This document shows, in pieces, positions 1 through 11,012 of a stretch of 58,741 nucleotides of DNA (the first letter of the stretch is position 1; every line of letters starts with the position of its first letter). The notes under the pieces were generated by a model. The model ran no database searches. It saw only the letters and a program-made list of their open reading frames with translations, and was not told the origin of the DNA. Position numbers and translations under genes: made by a program. This stretch comes from an uncultured Methanosarcinales archaeon (lineage in GTDB: Archaea; Nanobdellota; Nanobdellia; Woesearchaeales; DSVV01), in the NCBI GenBank assembly GCA_964593285.1, contig CAZQHZ010000008.1:1-58741 (forward strand), read 5' to 3'.

Positions 1-131
1 AAGTTATTTAGCTTTATATATGGTTTTCATTTTTAATATAAGTAAAATGTAAGAAAGATTTTGGAAAGGTTTTTTAATCTTTCCTTTCACATAACAATAA
101 TTTTATAAACATTATTCTTTATAAAAATTCT

Positions 132-363
132 ATGGAAATAATATTGAGTCCAGAGAAAGAACTTGAATATCAAGAAAATAAATATTATCTTGAAGTAGTA
201 AAAAGAATGTTAGGCGTTGAAGAAAGAAATAACGATAACCCAGTAAAAAAAAGTGATAAAACAACTCATATAGAGTTATTACGAGATGACTTATATCTAG
301 CAACGCAAGAGTTAATGAGTATTAATCAAGAGTTAGGAAATATTTTAGACGGTATAGATGAAA

Positions 364-389
<26 letters not shown>
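132..389 (+). CDS. hypothetical protein (85 aa)
   Basis: ATG-started ORF with normal composition; no family recognised. Confidence 0.6.
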
Positions 390-1473
<1,084 letters not shown>

Positions 1474-1549
1474 ATATTAAAATATTTTATTATTTTAATT
1501 TACACAACAATTTATTTCATAAACTAATTTACAAATATAATTATTAAAA

Positions 1550-2440
1550 ATGGATAATTCAACAAATGAATGGATAAAAGCTGGAATAATTGCAAAAAAT
1601 GTTAAAGATTATGCAAGACACATAATAAAACCAGATATGAGTTTATATGATGTTTCAGAGCGTATTGAAGCTAAAATACGTGAATTTAATGCAGTGCCTG
1701 CATTTCCAGTGAATTTATCACTAAATTCAACAGCAGCACATTATACACCAATAAAAAATGATAATTTATTTTTTGAAAATAATGTTGTAAAAATTGACAT
1801 AGGTGTATGTTATAATGGAGCAATTGGTGATACGGCATTTACTCTTGATTTTACAGGAAAATATTCAAAATTAGTTGAAGCATCAAATGAAGCATTAAAA
1901 AATGCATCTAAAATATTAGCTATTGGTACAACTTTAGGAGAAATTGGTAAAACAATTCAAGAAACAATAAATAGCTATGGTTATGTGCCAATAAAAAATT
2001 TATCAGGGCATGGATTAGATTATTATAAAGTTCATACATCTCCTCAAATTCCAAATTATAATACAAATGATTCTACAGAATTAAAAAAAGGTATGAAAAT
2101 AGCAATAGAACCATTTGCAACAGATGGTGCTGGTTTAATAAAAGAATCTGGTGAAGCAGTTATTTTTTCTCAAATTGGAAAAAATCCAGTAAGAGATATT
2201 GCTGCAAGAAAAGTATTAAAAGAAATTAATGAATTTAAAAATTTACCTTTTGCTTTTAGATATTTTAAAGATAAATATAGTGTTCCAAGATTAAAATTTG
2301 CTTTAAAAATGCTTAAAATGGCAAATAATATTAAAGAATATCCACCACTTGTTGAAGAAAAAAGAGGCATTGTAACACAAGCGGAAAATTCATTTTTAAT
2401 TGATGATAAAGTAATTAATTTAACTGAAAACAAAAATTAA
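1550..2440 (+). CDS. map: type II methionine aminopeptidase
   Basis: AFPVNLSLN..AAHYTP, KIDIGV..GAIGDTAFT, NLSGHGL, AIEPFAT motifs with archaeal helical insert. Confidence 0.96.
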   Translation: MDNSTNEWIKAGIIAKNVKDYARHIIKPDMSLYDVSERIEAKIREFNAVPAFPVNLSLNSTAAHYTPIKNDNLFFENNVVKIDIGVCYNGAIGDTAFTLDFTGKYSKLVEASNEALKNASKILAIGTTLGEIGKTIQETINSYGYVPIKNLSGHGLDYYKVHTSPQIPNYNTNDSTELKKGMKIAIEPFATDGAGLIKESGEAVIFSQIGKNPVRDIAARKVLKEINEFKNLPFAFRYFKDKYSVPRLKFALKMLKMANNIKEYPPLVEEKRGIVTQAENSFLIDDKVINLTENKN

Positions 2441-3681
2441 ATTTCATCTAATTTTTTAAATTCTGTTTTTTTAGTATTTAAATCTAAAATTTTATATTTT
2501 TTAGTTTTTATTTCATCCTCACCAACAAAAATTATTTTTTTTGCATTCACTTTTGATGCAAATTTTAGTTGTTTTTGAATTGTCTTATTAGTTAAATCAA
2601 ATAAAACATCATACTTTTTTCTCAATTTATTTGCAATCAAAAAAACATCACTTACAAAATCTTCATTGATTAGCACAATAAAATAATCAATATTTTGTTC
2701 ATATTTTGGAATTAATTTTTTTGATTCTAAAAGTAAATTTAAGGTAGAATAACCAATTGCAAACCCTGTAGCACAAGTATCAGTGCCACCAAATTCCCCA
2801 ATAACATTATCATACCTACCACCACCACAAATTGCCCTAAATTTTTTTTTAATATCAAATATTTCAAAAACAGTCCCTGTATAATAATCTAATCCCCTAA
2901 CAATACTCATGTCAAACATAACATTACTATATCCAACTTTTCTAATATTTTCAAATATTTTTATTAAAGAATTAAATCCTTCTTTTGCAACTGAATTTAA
3001 ATTATAATTTTTAAAATTTTCTAATTTTAACTCAAATAAATTTTCTATTTTTTCTATTTGTTTTATATCTAAAAAATTTAATTCATTATAAAAATCTTCT
3101 TTTGATATTTTTTCCTTTTTATCAATAACCCTAAGTACCTTATCAATACAATCTTCATCAATAATATCTGTCAATAAACCCATTAATAATTTTCTATTAT
3201 TAATCCTAACAACAAAATCATTTTCTCTTAATTTCAATGATTTTAAGCATTCAACTGCTAAAATAATTAACTCAGAATCTGATTTAGAACTGCTTGATCC
3301 ATAAATTTCACAATTAAATTGAAAAAATTCTCTTTCTCTTCCAGCTTGAGGTCTTTCATAGCGCCATAAACGATTAAAAGAATACCATTTAACTGGTTTT
3401 ATTAGTGCTTTTTGTTTTTCTGCAAACATTCGTGCAACTGATGCAGTAAATTCAAATCTAAGGCCCAAAGCTTCCTTACCTTTTTTTTCAATAGTAAATA
3501 TTTGATTTTTTATTTCATCTCCAGATTTTGCAGTTAATAATTCAATAGATTCAATCATTGGTGGTTCAACCCGCTGAAAACAAAATTTTTCTGCAACAGA
3601 TTTTAAATTATAATAAATATAATCACAAATAAATTGATCTTCTGGATAAAAATCTGTAGTTCCTTTAATTTTTTGAATCAT
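2437..3681 (-). CDS. hisS: histidyl-tRNA synthetase
   Basis: KGTTDF, LRFEFTAS, WRYERPQAGREREFFQ, VRGLDYYTG, GGGRYD motifs. Confidence 0.97.
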   Translation of the reverse strand: MIQKIKGTTDFYPEDQFICDYIYYNLKSVAEKFCFQRVEPPMIESIELLTAKSGDEIKNQIFTIEKKGKEALGLRFEFTASVARMFAEKQKALIKPVKWYSFNRLWRYERPQAGREREFFQFNCEIYGSSSSKSDSELIILAVECLKSLKLRENDFVVRINNRKLLMGLLTDIIDEDCIDKVLRVIDKKEKISKEDFYNELNFLDIKQIEKIENLFELKLENFKNYNLNSVAKEGFNSLIKIFENIRKVGYSNVMFDMSIVRGLDYYTGTVFEIFDIKKKFRAICGGGRYDNVIGEFGGTDTCATGFAIGYSTLNLLLESKKLIPKYEQNIDYFIVLINEDFVSDVFLIANKLRKKYDVLFDLTNKTIQKQLKFASKVNAKKIIFVGEDEIKTKKYKILDLNTKKTEFKKLDEI

Positions 3682-3793
3682 TTTTAATATATTAAAATAA
3701 TATTTATTTATAAATATTTATATTTTATTTTTATTTACTTTTAAAATAATTTAAAAATTTTTAATAAAAAATAGTTTATTTAAAAATAAATTA

Positions 3794-3810
3794 CGAAACA
3801 TTTAAATATA
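3794..3810 (+). promoter_or_regulatory. archaeal BRE/TATA promoter of archaellin 1
   Basis: CGAAA-CA-TTTAAATATA about 80 nt upstream of the start; RBS GTGAGGT at 3876-3882. Confidence 0.55.
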
Positions 3811-3866
3811 AGTTTATTCTTAGTATAGTAATAAGTATATTTTTAGTTGTTTATGGCTATTAAAAT

Positions 3867-4550
3867 ATAAAAAAAGTGAGGTTGATAAAAAATGGTTTTA
3901 AAACAAAAAAAAGCTGAAATGGGCGTTGGTACATTAATTGTATTTATCGCTATGCTTTTAGTTGCAGCAGTTGCTGCAGGTGTATTAATACAAACAGTAG
4001 GATCCTTGCAGGAAAAATCTCTTGCAACAGGACAGCAAGCAAGAACACAAATTTCAACAAATGCTAGAGTAATTGAAGTTTCTGCAACAGATGGAAGAGC
4101 AGGCAATTTAAGTGATTTTGAGCAGTTAATGAAATTATCACCAGGATCTGATCCAATTAAATTAGATCAAGTAATTTTCACATTTAATACTCAAAATACT
4201 TCATCTACACTAAAATATAGAGAAGGTGCAAATTGTTCAAGAAATAACGAAACAGATGAAGCTAATAATCTAACAGGTTATTATACAGATCAAACAACTG
4301 GCGAAGGTTTTTTCACAGTAATTTATGAACAAGAAGGAAGTAATCATGTTCCTGGTAATTTACAAAGAGGAGACATTATAAGATTATGTTATGCAGGTGT
4401 TGGAAATATTGGAGAAGATGAAATGGTTAGATTAAACTTTATTCCAAGAATTGGAACTCCAACACTAACACAATTTGCAACTCCAGATGTAATTACAACA
4501 CAAAGAGTTTATTTATATCCATAAATTATAAATAACCTCACTTTTTTTAT
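3867..4550. repeat. perfect 17-bp inverted repeat enclosing archaellin 1
   Basis: ATAAAAAAAGTGAGGTT (3867-3883) and AACCTCACTTTTTTTAT (4534-4550) are exact reverse complements. Confidence 0.85.
3892..4524 (+). CDS. flaB: archaellin (archaeal flagellin) 1
   Basis: class III signal KKA/EMGVGTLIVFIAMLLVAAVAAGVLIQT; LSPGSDPIKL motif; C-terminal TPDVITTQRVYLYP. Confidence 0.93.
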   Translation: MVLKQKKAEMGVGTLIVFIAMLLVAAVAAGVLIQTVGSLQEKSLATGQQARTQISTNARVIEVSATDGRAGNLSDFEQLMKLSPGSDPIKLDQVIFTFNTQNTSSTLKYREGANCSRNNETDEANNLTGYYTDQTTGEGFFTVIYEQEGSNHVPGNLQRGDIIRLCYAGVGNIGEDEMVRLNFIPRIGTPTLTQFATPDVITTQRVYLYP

Positions 4551-4624
4551 TTTTTATATCTTTTTTCTAAAATTGTTTTAAATATTAAAAATATTTATAT
4601 AGATATTTAACCTATCATAAAAAT

Positions 4625-5098
4625 ATGTACAGATATGAAAAATTATTAGAAGATGCAAAAAAAGATTTAAAAATAGCCGATCATATGATTAATATTACTT
4701 ATAAACTAGTAAACGATCCAAAAATGTTATTGTCAATAACACATAGATTACTAAATACATTAACTAACATAATGACTTCAATACTTTTATATGAAAGACA
4801 CTACAAAAAGATACCAAAATTCAATGAAACTTTTGATTCGATTTTTAATCTTTTCAAAGCAAGATGTGAACGAAGATACAATATAGACAAAGAATATTTA
4901 CAAATAATTCAAGAAATTAAAAACATTATAAATGAACATAAAAAAAGTCCGATTGTATTTTCAAAAGAAAATAAATTAATAATTTGCTCAGATGATTATA
5001 GATTAAAAAAAATTTCAATTGAAAATATCAAAAAGTATATAAATAAAATAAAATTATTTCATAATGAAGCTGAACGGATGGTGAAAATTAATGGATGA
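4625..5098 (+). CDS. hypothetical helical protein (HEPN-like N-terminus)
   Basis: 157 aa ORF overlapping the next gene; EDAKKDLKIADHM resembles the next ORF's N-terminus. Confidence 0.75.
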   Translation: MYRYEKLLEDAKKDLKIADHMINITYKLVNDPKMLLSITHRLLNTLTNIMTSILLYERHYKKIPKFNETFDSIFNLFKARCERRYNIDKEYLQIIQEIKNIINEHKKSPIVFSKENKLIICSDDYRLKKISIENIKKYINKIKLFHNEAERMVKING

Positions 5099-5555
5099 AT
5101 CAATATTTGATGCAAAACAAGAACTAAAAAGAGTAGATCACTTAATATTTGTTAGTTTAAAATATACAAGAACAGTAGATGTTTTAAAAAATGTTGTAGA
5201 AAGACTTATTTCTTCATTAGATTTTGTGCTAAATGCAATTTTAGAAAATTTACATGAAAATGAAAAAATTGAAGAAATTCCAACTGCATTTGTTTTAAAA
5301 TGTGATTTAATTATTGAAAAATACCCAAATGATGAAAAAATTAAAGAATTAATCGATTTTTTTATATTACTAAAAAAATTAAATAAATTGGATTATGAAA
5401 AAGAAAACGAATACAGGCGCCATGTTGGAATGATTTTTAATATAGATGGAAAAGAAATTAAAATAAATATTGATAGTGTAACTGCATATTATAAAAAAGT
5501 TAAAGAATTAATATCCCATATAGAATTAAACATATTAAATAATAATAATAATTAA
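5091..5555 (+). CDS. hypothetical helical protein, probable paralog of upstream gene
   Basis: 154 aa; DAKQELKRVDHL; coupled between the previous gene and minD. Confidence 0.75.
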   Translation: MDESIFDAKQELKRVDHLIFVSLKYTRTVDVLKNVVERLISSLDFVLNAILENLHENEKIEEIPTAFVLKCDLIIEKYPNDEKIKELIDFFILLKKLNKLDYEKENEYRRHVGMIFNIDGKEIKINIDSVTAYYKKVKELISHIELNILNNNNN

Positions 5556-5558
5556 AAA

Positions 5559-6338
5559 ATGACTAAATTTATTGCAATTGTTTCTGCAAAAGGAGGTGTT
5601 GGTAAAACTACATCTACAATCAATCTAGCTTCTGCCCTAGATTGGTATAGACGTGATATAATTATATTAGATGCAAATTTTAATAATCCTGACGTTGCAT
5701 TATATCTTGGAATAAATTTTAAAGAAAAAACACTTCATGGTGCATTAAAAGGAAATCACCATATAAATGAAGGAATCTATCGCCATGCTAGTGGTCTTAA
5801 AATAATACCTGGCAGTATTTCATATAACGATGCAATGAAAGTACAAAAAAGAAATTTTGTTGATACTATATATGGATTAACTAATAAATCTGAAGCAGTA
5901 ATTATTGATTGCGCACCAGGTATTGGTGAAAATGCAAGAACTATTATAAAAGCTGTTGATTATTTAATTATTGTAACTACTCCTGATTTATACTCTGTTA
6001 GTAACTCATTAAAAATTGTACAACTTGCAAAAGAATATAACAAAAAAATATTAGGTATTTTAGTAAATAAAGTTAAAGGAGATTACTATGAACTTGCATT
6101 AGATAACATTGAATCTTTAATTGGTAAGAAAATTATTGGAATTATCCCAAATGATGAAAACATTAATAATGCTCATTATAATAAAAAGCCACTTGTAAAA
6201 ATGCACCCAGAAACAGAGGCATCAATTGGCTTTAAAAAACTTGCATGTGAATTAATAGGAGAAAAATATGTTGAAAATTTAAAAAAAGAAGAAGAAAATT
6301 CTTTACTTAAAAAAACACTTAAAAAAATTGGATTTTAA
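5559..6338 (+). CDS. minD: MinD/ParA family ATPase (archaeal MinD)
   Basis: deviant Walker A KGGVGKTT, IIDCAPG, VTTPD, C-terminal amphipathic LLKKTLKKIGF. Confidence 0.88.
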   Translation: MTKFIAIVSAKGGVGKTTSTINLASALDWYRRDIIILDANFNNPDVALYLGINFKEKTLHGALKGNHHINEGIYRHASGLKIIPGSISYNDAMKVQKRNFVDTIYGLTNKSEAVIIDCAPGIGENARTIIKAVDYLIIVTTPDLYSVSNSLKIVQLAKEYNKKILGILVNKVKGDYYELALDNIESLIGKKIIGIIPNDENINNAHYNKKPLVKMHPETEASIGFKKLACELIGEKYVENLKKEEENSLLKKTLKKIGF

Positions 6339-6434
6339 TTTTTAAATAATATAACATTGTAAATTATTTTTATAAAAATTTTATTTAATTAAACATTTTT
6401 TCATAATATCAATTTTAATTAAATTTAATAACAA

Positions 6435-7913
6435 TCAATCAACAACTTCACCAGTTATACTTCTTAGCATATGTGATGTAATTTTTATATTATAAAACTT
6501 ATTTAATTCTAACCTTTTTTTAACCCCAATAATTAATGGATATGTAGCAATTTGCCTACAAAATGTATTATTACCATCATAAATTTCTGCATAAACATCT
6601 CTTATTATTTGATTTTTTGGAACTAGTAATTTTAAAAATTCATGGTCTATTTCTTTTCGTATTTTATCTCGCCATTTCCAGTAATATTTCCAATTTTTTT
6701 TTAAAGTTTTACCTCTATCTTCTGTATGCATTTTAGTATTTGGTAAAATTGTAACTTTTCTAATATTAATCCTTCTAATTAATAATTTTTCATCAAGAAT
6801 TTTTTTTAAAAAATTATAATTTTCATTAAATGTATTTTTAGTCTCGCCAGATAGGCCAAAAAGCAAATTAATTCCTGGAAGTAAATGATGCATTCCATTA
6901 TAACTTCTTTTGCCACCAATTTTATTTATTATTTTAATTGCATTATATGTTGTTTCATTATCTGAATTTAAATTATTTTTTTTTTGAACTAACTTATCAA
7001 AACTTTCAGCTCCAAATGCGCAAACATTTCCTGGAGTTGTATATTTAACAATTAATTTTGTTTTAATTTCATCAACCATTTTAGGATTTGCATTATCAAT
7101 ATGTAAAACTTTTGGATTTAATTTTGAAATTGGCTTTAATAATTTTAAAATTTCACTAGCTTTTCCATCTTTATAAGAATAAAAACAACTCTGTTTTCCA
7201 AGTCTAAAATATTTTGTATAATTAGTTAATAATTTAATTTCATTGTAAATATCTTTTTGATTCCTATATTCAACATCATGCTTTAATGGCTCACTACAAA
7301 AACTACATCCCTCTTTTCCTCGATTGCATCCTCTACCAGTTTCAATTTCAACAATTCTTTGGCTAGGAATTTGTTTTAATAAATCAGCAGAAAATAAAGC
7401 AAATTTATTTATTTTTGAATAATCTAAAACATAATTTGAAACAATTTCATCAAAAACTAATAAACTTTCTTTTTCTTTTTTTTTAGAATTAATTTCACCA
7501 GAACCATACTCTGTTGCAGCAGGACCTGTCAAAATTTTTTGCGCATTAAAATTTTTAATATAACTGCTAACTTCATTAATAGTTCCAGGTACTGCACTTA
7601 AATATTTTCCAGGAACATGCATTCCTAAAATTACGATAATTTTTGTTGCTTTAGATAAAATTTTTAATACATTATCTGAATTAATTGTTAAATTATAAAT
7701 TGAAATATTTGTTTTTTGTGTTTTTTTTCTATCTTTTAATTTAGAATTGTATTTAAATACATATCTTAAATCATCGATAGTTAAATAATATGGATCTTTT
7801 TTTTCTTCAAATTTTAATTTACCAAAAATATACCTAGGATATGTTCCAATATAAGGTGGTACCCCAAGGCCAGATGGCTCATCAGTATAACAATCTATAA
7901 TTACATTTACCAT
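6435..7913 (-). CDS. radical SAM protein (archaeal COG1031-like)
   Basis: IIDCYTDEPSGLGVPPYIGTYPRY N-terminus; ETGRGC-x6-CSFC cluster motif; PGINLLFGL, RRINIR. Confidence 0.85.
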   Translation of the reverse strand: MVNVIIDCYTDEPSGLGVPPYIGTYPRYIFGKLKFEEKKDPYYLTIDDLRYVFKYNSKLKDRKKTQKTNISIYNLTINSDNVLKILSKATKIIVILGMHVPGKYLSAVPGTINEVSSYIKNFNAQKILTGPAATEYGSGEINSKKKEKESLLVFDEIVSNYVLDYSKINKFALFSADLLKQIPSQRIVEIETGRGCNRGKEGCSFCSEPLKHDVEYRNQKDIYNEIKLLTNYTKYFRLGKQSCFYSYKDGKASEILKLLKPISKLNPKVLHIDNANPKMVDEIKTKLIVKYTTPGNVCAFGAESFDKLVQKKNNLNSDNETTYNAIKIINKIGGKRSYNGMHHLLPGINLLFGLSGETKNTFNENYNFLKKILDEKLLIRRINIRKVTILPNTKMHTEDRGKTLKKNWKYYWKWRDKIRKEIDHEFLKLLVPKNQIIRDVYAEIYDGNNTFCRQIATYPLIIGVKKRLELNKFYNIKITSHMLRSITGEVVD

Positions 7914-7929
7914 TTTTTTAATATAAAAA

Positions 7930-8631
7930 CTATTTAGTATTTAAATTACATTTGATTTTTGAATTTTTTTTTAAATGATGAAATAATAATACGCCAAACA
8001 CCACAATAAATAAAACAAACGAGATTGCAACAATTAATTCAAAACCAACTGTATGTAAAGCAATAGCTGAACCAAAATAACTAAGAATTAATAAATTTGG
8101 AACATATGCAATCATTACAATAAACATAAAATTTTTAAGCTTTATATTACTAAATCCTGCAATAAAACTTATAATATCTGTTGGAAATACTGGAAAGATA
8201 AATGAAATCCAAAGAAATGTTTTTCCTTTTTCTTTAAAAAAACAATCATATAATTTTAATTTTTTTTCATTAATTATTCTTTTAACAAATGGTCTTCCAA
8301 ATCGTCTAGCTAATAAAAATGCAATTAAAGTTCCAAAGATATTTCCAATATATGCATAAAGTGTACCAAAAACGGGACCAAATAAATAACCAGATGCAAT
8401 AATTATAATAAATCCAGGAATTGGTGCAATTACAACTTCTAAAATAATAATTAAAATAACAATAATAGGACCATATATACCAAAATCACTAACAAAATTT
8501 TCAGTTTGATTTATATCATTAAAAGAAATTGGAAACAAAAGAAAAAATAAAGAAATAATACCAATAACCACAAGCAGAATAATAAAATTTCTAATATCTT
8601 TAAATGCTTTTGATGTTAATTTAAATTTCAT
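7930..8631 (-). CDS. TVP38/TMEM64 (DedA/VTT domain) membrane protein
   Basis: VIAPIPG, GYLFGPVFG, LARRFGR, PVFPTDIISFIAG. Confidence 0.9.
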   Translation of the reverse strand: MKFKLTSKAFKDIRNFIILLVVIGIISLFFLLFPISFNDINQTENFVSDFGIYGPIIVILIIILEVVIAPIPGFIIIIASGYLFGPVFGTLYAYIGNIFGTLIAFLLARRFGRPFVKRIINEKKLKLYDCFFKEKGKTFLWISFIFPVFPTDIISFIAGFSNIKLKNFMFIVMIAYVPNLLILSYFGSAIALHTVGFELIVAISFVLFIVVFGVLLFHHLKKNSKIKCNLNTK

Positions 8632-8699
8632 TTTTTAAAATAAATTAATTCTTTAATTTTTAAATATTGTGAAAATCATAGAAAATAAAAAACGAAATG

Positions 8700-8987
8700 T
8701 AACTTATTCTTATTAAAAAATAAAAAACATAATTGTATAATATTAAAAAAGATTATAAAAGATTGCTTTAAAATTTAGTATTTATTAAATTAAAAAGAAG
8801 GAAAAAAGAAAAAAATGAATTTGATTTTGTAACAAAAAAGATATATGATTCAAAAAAAAGAAATAAATGGTTTTAGGGATTAGATAAATTTAATCTAAAA
8901 AGAGGTGTATTAACTTTTAATAATGAGCAATATTTTACTATTAATAATAAAAAAATAAAGATAATACCTGTTTGGAAATAGTTCTAA
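8700..8987 (+). pseudogene. degraded C-terminal remnant of AAA_14/DUF4143 ATP-binding protein
   Basis: frameshifted fragments NLVFIKLKRR..NEFDFVTK, KEING, DKFNLKRG, KIKIIPVWK* match the typical C-terminus of this family; left boundary approximate. Confidence 0.6.
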
Positions 8988-9153
8988 TTTATAGAAATAA
9001 TAGAAAGTTTTAACTTAATTAAAAAATATATTTCATTATTAATTCATTTATTCTAATTGTATTATACCATCTTATTTTATATAACAATTCTCATTGCTTC
9101 ACTAGACATTTACACATAGAATATTTAAATGAAAAAGGTTTATCTAAAAAATA

Positions 9154-9987
9154 ATGGATAAAAAAAATAAATTAGTTGTTTTTGAAGACAAAAAAATCAG
9201 ACGAATTTGGCATGATGATGAATGGTATTTTTCTATAGTTGATATAATTGCAGTTTTAACTGAAAGCGATAATCCTCAAATATATTGGAGAGTTCTTAAA
9301 AAAAGATTAAAAGACGAAGGAAATGAAACCGTTACAAAATGTAACGCTTTGAAAATGTCTGCACCAGATGGGAAAATGAGGCTTACAGATGTAGGGACCA
9401 CTAAAGAAATATTTAGATTAATTCAGTCCATTCCTTCGCCAAAAGCAGAACCATTCAAACAATGGCTTGCACAAGTTGGATATGAAAGAATTGAAGAAAT
9501 AGAAAATCCAGAAATAGGACAAGATAGAATAAAAGAATATTATGAAATGAAAGGTTATCCTAAAAACTGGATTGACAAAAGACTAAGAGGTATTGCTATA
9601 AGACAAGAATTAACTGAACAATGGAAAAACAGAGATATAAAATCAGAAAAAGAATTTGCAATATTAACAAATGAAATTAGTAAAGCAACATTTGGAAAAA
9701 CTATAGTGGAATACAAAAAATTTAAACAACTCAAAAATAAAAAACAAAACTTGAGAGATCATATGACTGATTTAGAATTAATATTTAATATGCTTGGAGA
9801 AAAGACTACCACAGAGATTACAAAAGAGAGAAATTCTCAAGGATTTGAAGAATGTAAAAATTCTGCTAAAGAAGGTGGGGAAGTTGCAGGCAATGCAAGA
9901 CAAGATGTAGAAAAACGTTTAGGCAAATCAACTATTTCTAAAGAAAACTTTTTACCAAAGAAAAAAAAGAAGAAAAAATTAAAGTAA
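9154..9987 (+). CDS. Bro-N domain protein (phage antirepressor-like DNA-binding protein)
   Basis: KIRRIW..EWYFSIVDII, APDGKMRLTD, FRLIQSIPSPKAEPFKQWLA, QNLRDHMTDLELIF. Confidence 0.9.
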   Translation: MDKKNKLVVFEDKKIRRIWHDDEWYFSIVDIIAVLTESDNPQIYWRVLKKRLKDEGNETVTKCNALKMSAPDGKMRLTDVGTTKEIFRLIQSIPSPKAEPFKQWLAQVGYERIEEIENPEIGQDRIKEYYEMKGYPKNWIDKRLRGIAIRQELTEQWKNRDIKSEKEFAILTNEISKATFGKTIVEYKKFKQLKNKKQNLRDHMTDLELIFNMLGEKTTTEITKERNSQGFEECKNSAKEGGEVAGNARQDVEKRLGKSTISKENFLPKKKKKKKLK

Positions 9988-10043
9988 TAGTATTAATAAT
10001 AATAAAATAAAAAAGATAAGAGAATTTTATATTTATTTTAAAT

Positions 10044-10198
10044 CTACTAAAGGAAGATAATATCATAATTCAAAACTTTATTAAAGTAAAAACATGATTC
10101 TTTGCGAGGAGCTAGTCCATGCGAAAGCGCAAGAACCTTTAAAACAATCATAGAAAGTTTCAAAGATATTACTTTTTTATGTCTAACTTTATACTTTC
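10044..10198 (-). repeat. fold-back non-coding element, copy A
   Basis: reverse complement aligns with 29517-29730 (AAGTATAAAGT..AATATCTT..AAACTTT.TATGATT..TTAAAGGTTCT.GCG..ATGGA..CTAGC..CCTCGCAA..AAAGTTTTGA..TTATGATATT). Confidence 0.75.
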
Positions 10199-10214
10199 TA
10201 TTTAAAAATAACAA

Positions 10215-10877
10215 CTAACCCTTAATTGCAATTGTTGATGGAGATTTTCGTTTAACAATTGGCCCATCAATTACATTAAATCCGACATTAATTAAATTAT
10301 TTCTAACTTTTCTAGAACAACTATATGTAAATAATCTTCCACTATTAACCATTTTTTCCAAAACTTTTAAAAAAAAATCTTCATTCCATAATAAAAATTG
10401 TTTTGATGGCGAGAATGGATCGTGAAATACTAAATCCACTTTAAAATCAACTAAATCAATTGTTTTAAATGCATCTCCAATTAATAATTTTATAAAAATT
10501 TTTCCATCATCATATTCTTTATCAATTGCTAATTTTTTAATAATCTCATAATTTTTAAAATCTGGATTTAATTTATTTATTTTATCAATTATTAAATTAT
10601 CAATTTCTAAAGCTATTATTTTAATTTTTACATTATTAAATTTTTCTTTAATTAAATCAATAATAGCACATGAATTATAACCCAAACCAAAACAAATATC
10701 TAATATTTTTATTTCTTCAATTTCTTTTATATTATTTTTTTCTAATAAGTACTCAACTGAAGGAATTGCATATTTTTTCATTGATTCTTCAATTGCTCCT
10801 GTTTTTGAATGATAAATATCTTTAAATTCATCATTAAAAAAAGTAATTGATCCATCATCTGTAATAATTTCTTTCAT
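10215..10877 (-). CDS. MnmC/MnmD-type SAM methyltransferase (tRNA U34 modification family)
   Basis: TDDGSITF..YHSKTGAIEES, ILDICFGLGYN, VFHDPFSP, LFTYSC. Confidence 0.85.
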   Translation of the reverse strand: MKEIITDDGSITFFNDEFKDIYHSKTGAIEESMKKYAIPSVEYLLEKNNIKEIEEIKILDICFGLGYNSCAIIDLIKEKFNNVKIKIIALEIDNLIIDKINKLNPDFKNYEIIKKLAIDKEYDDGKIFIKLLIGDAFKTIDLVDFKVDLVFHDPFSPSKQFLLWNEDFFLKVLEKMVNSGRLFTYSCSRKVRNNLINVGFNVIDGPIVKRKSPSTIAIKG

Positions 10878-11012
10878 TTTTTTTATAAAATTTAGATTAA
10901 TTTAAAAATATAATTGAAAAAATTAATTATTTATAAATAGTAAAAATTATAAATAGAAAAATTATACAAAAAGATATTGAAAAAAAATTAAATTATTAAA
11001 AAATGATTAAAT

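Noticed and set aside
9154..9987. Prophage marked by Bro-N
   Set aside because: No capsid, terminase or integrase genes nearby
10095..10140. Hammerhead or other known ribozyme in elements A/B
   Set aside because: No CUGANGA core or other recognisable catalytic consensus seen on either strand
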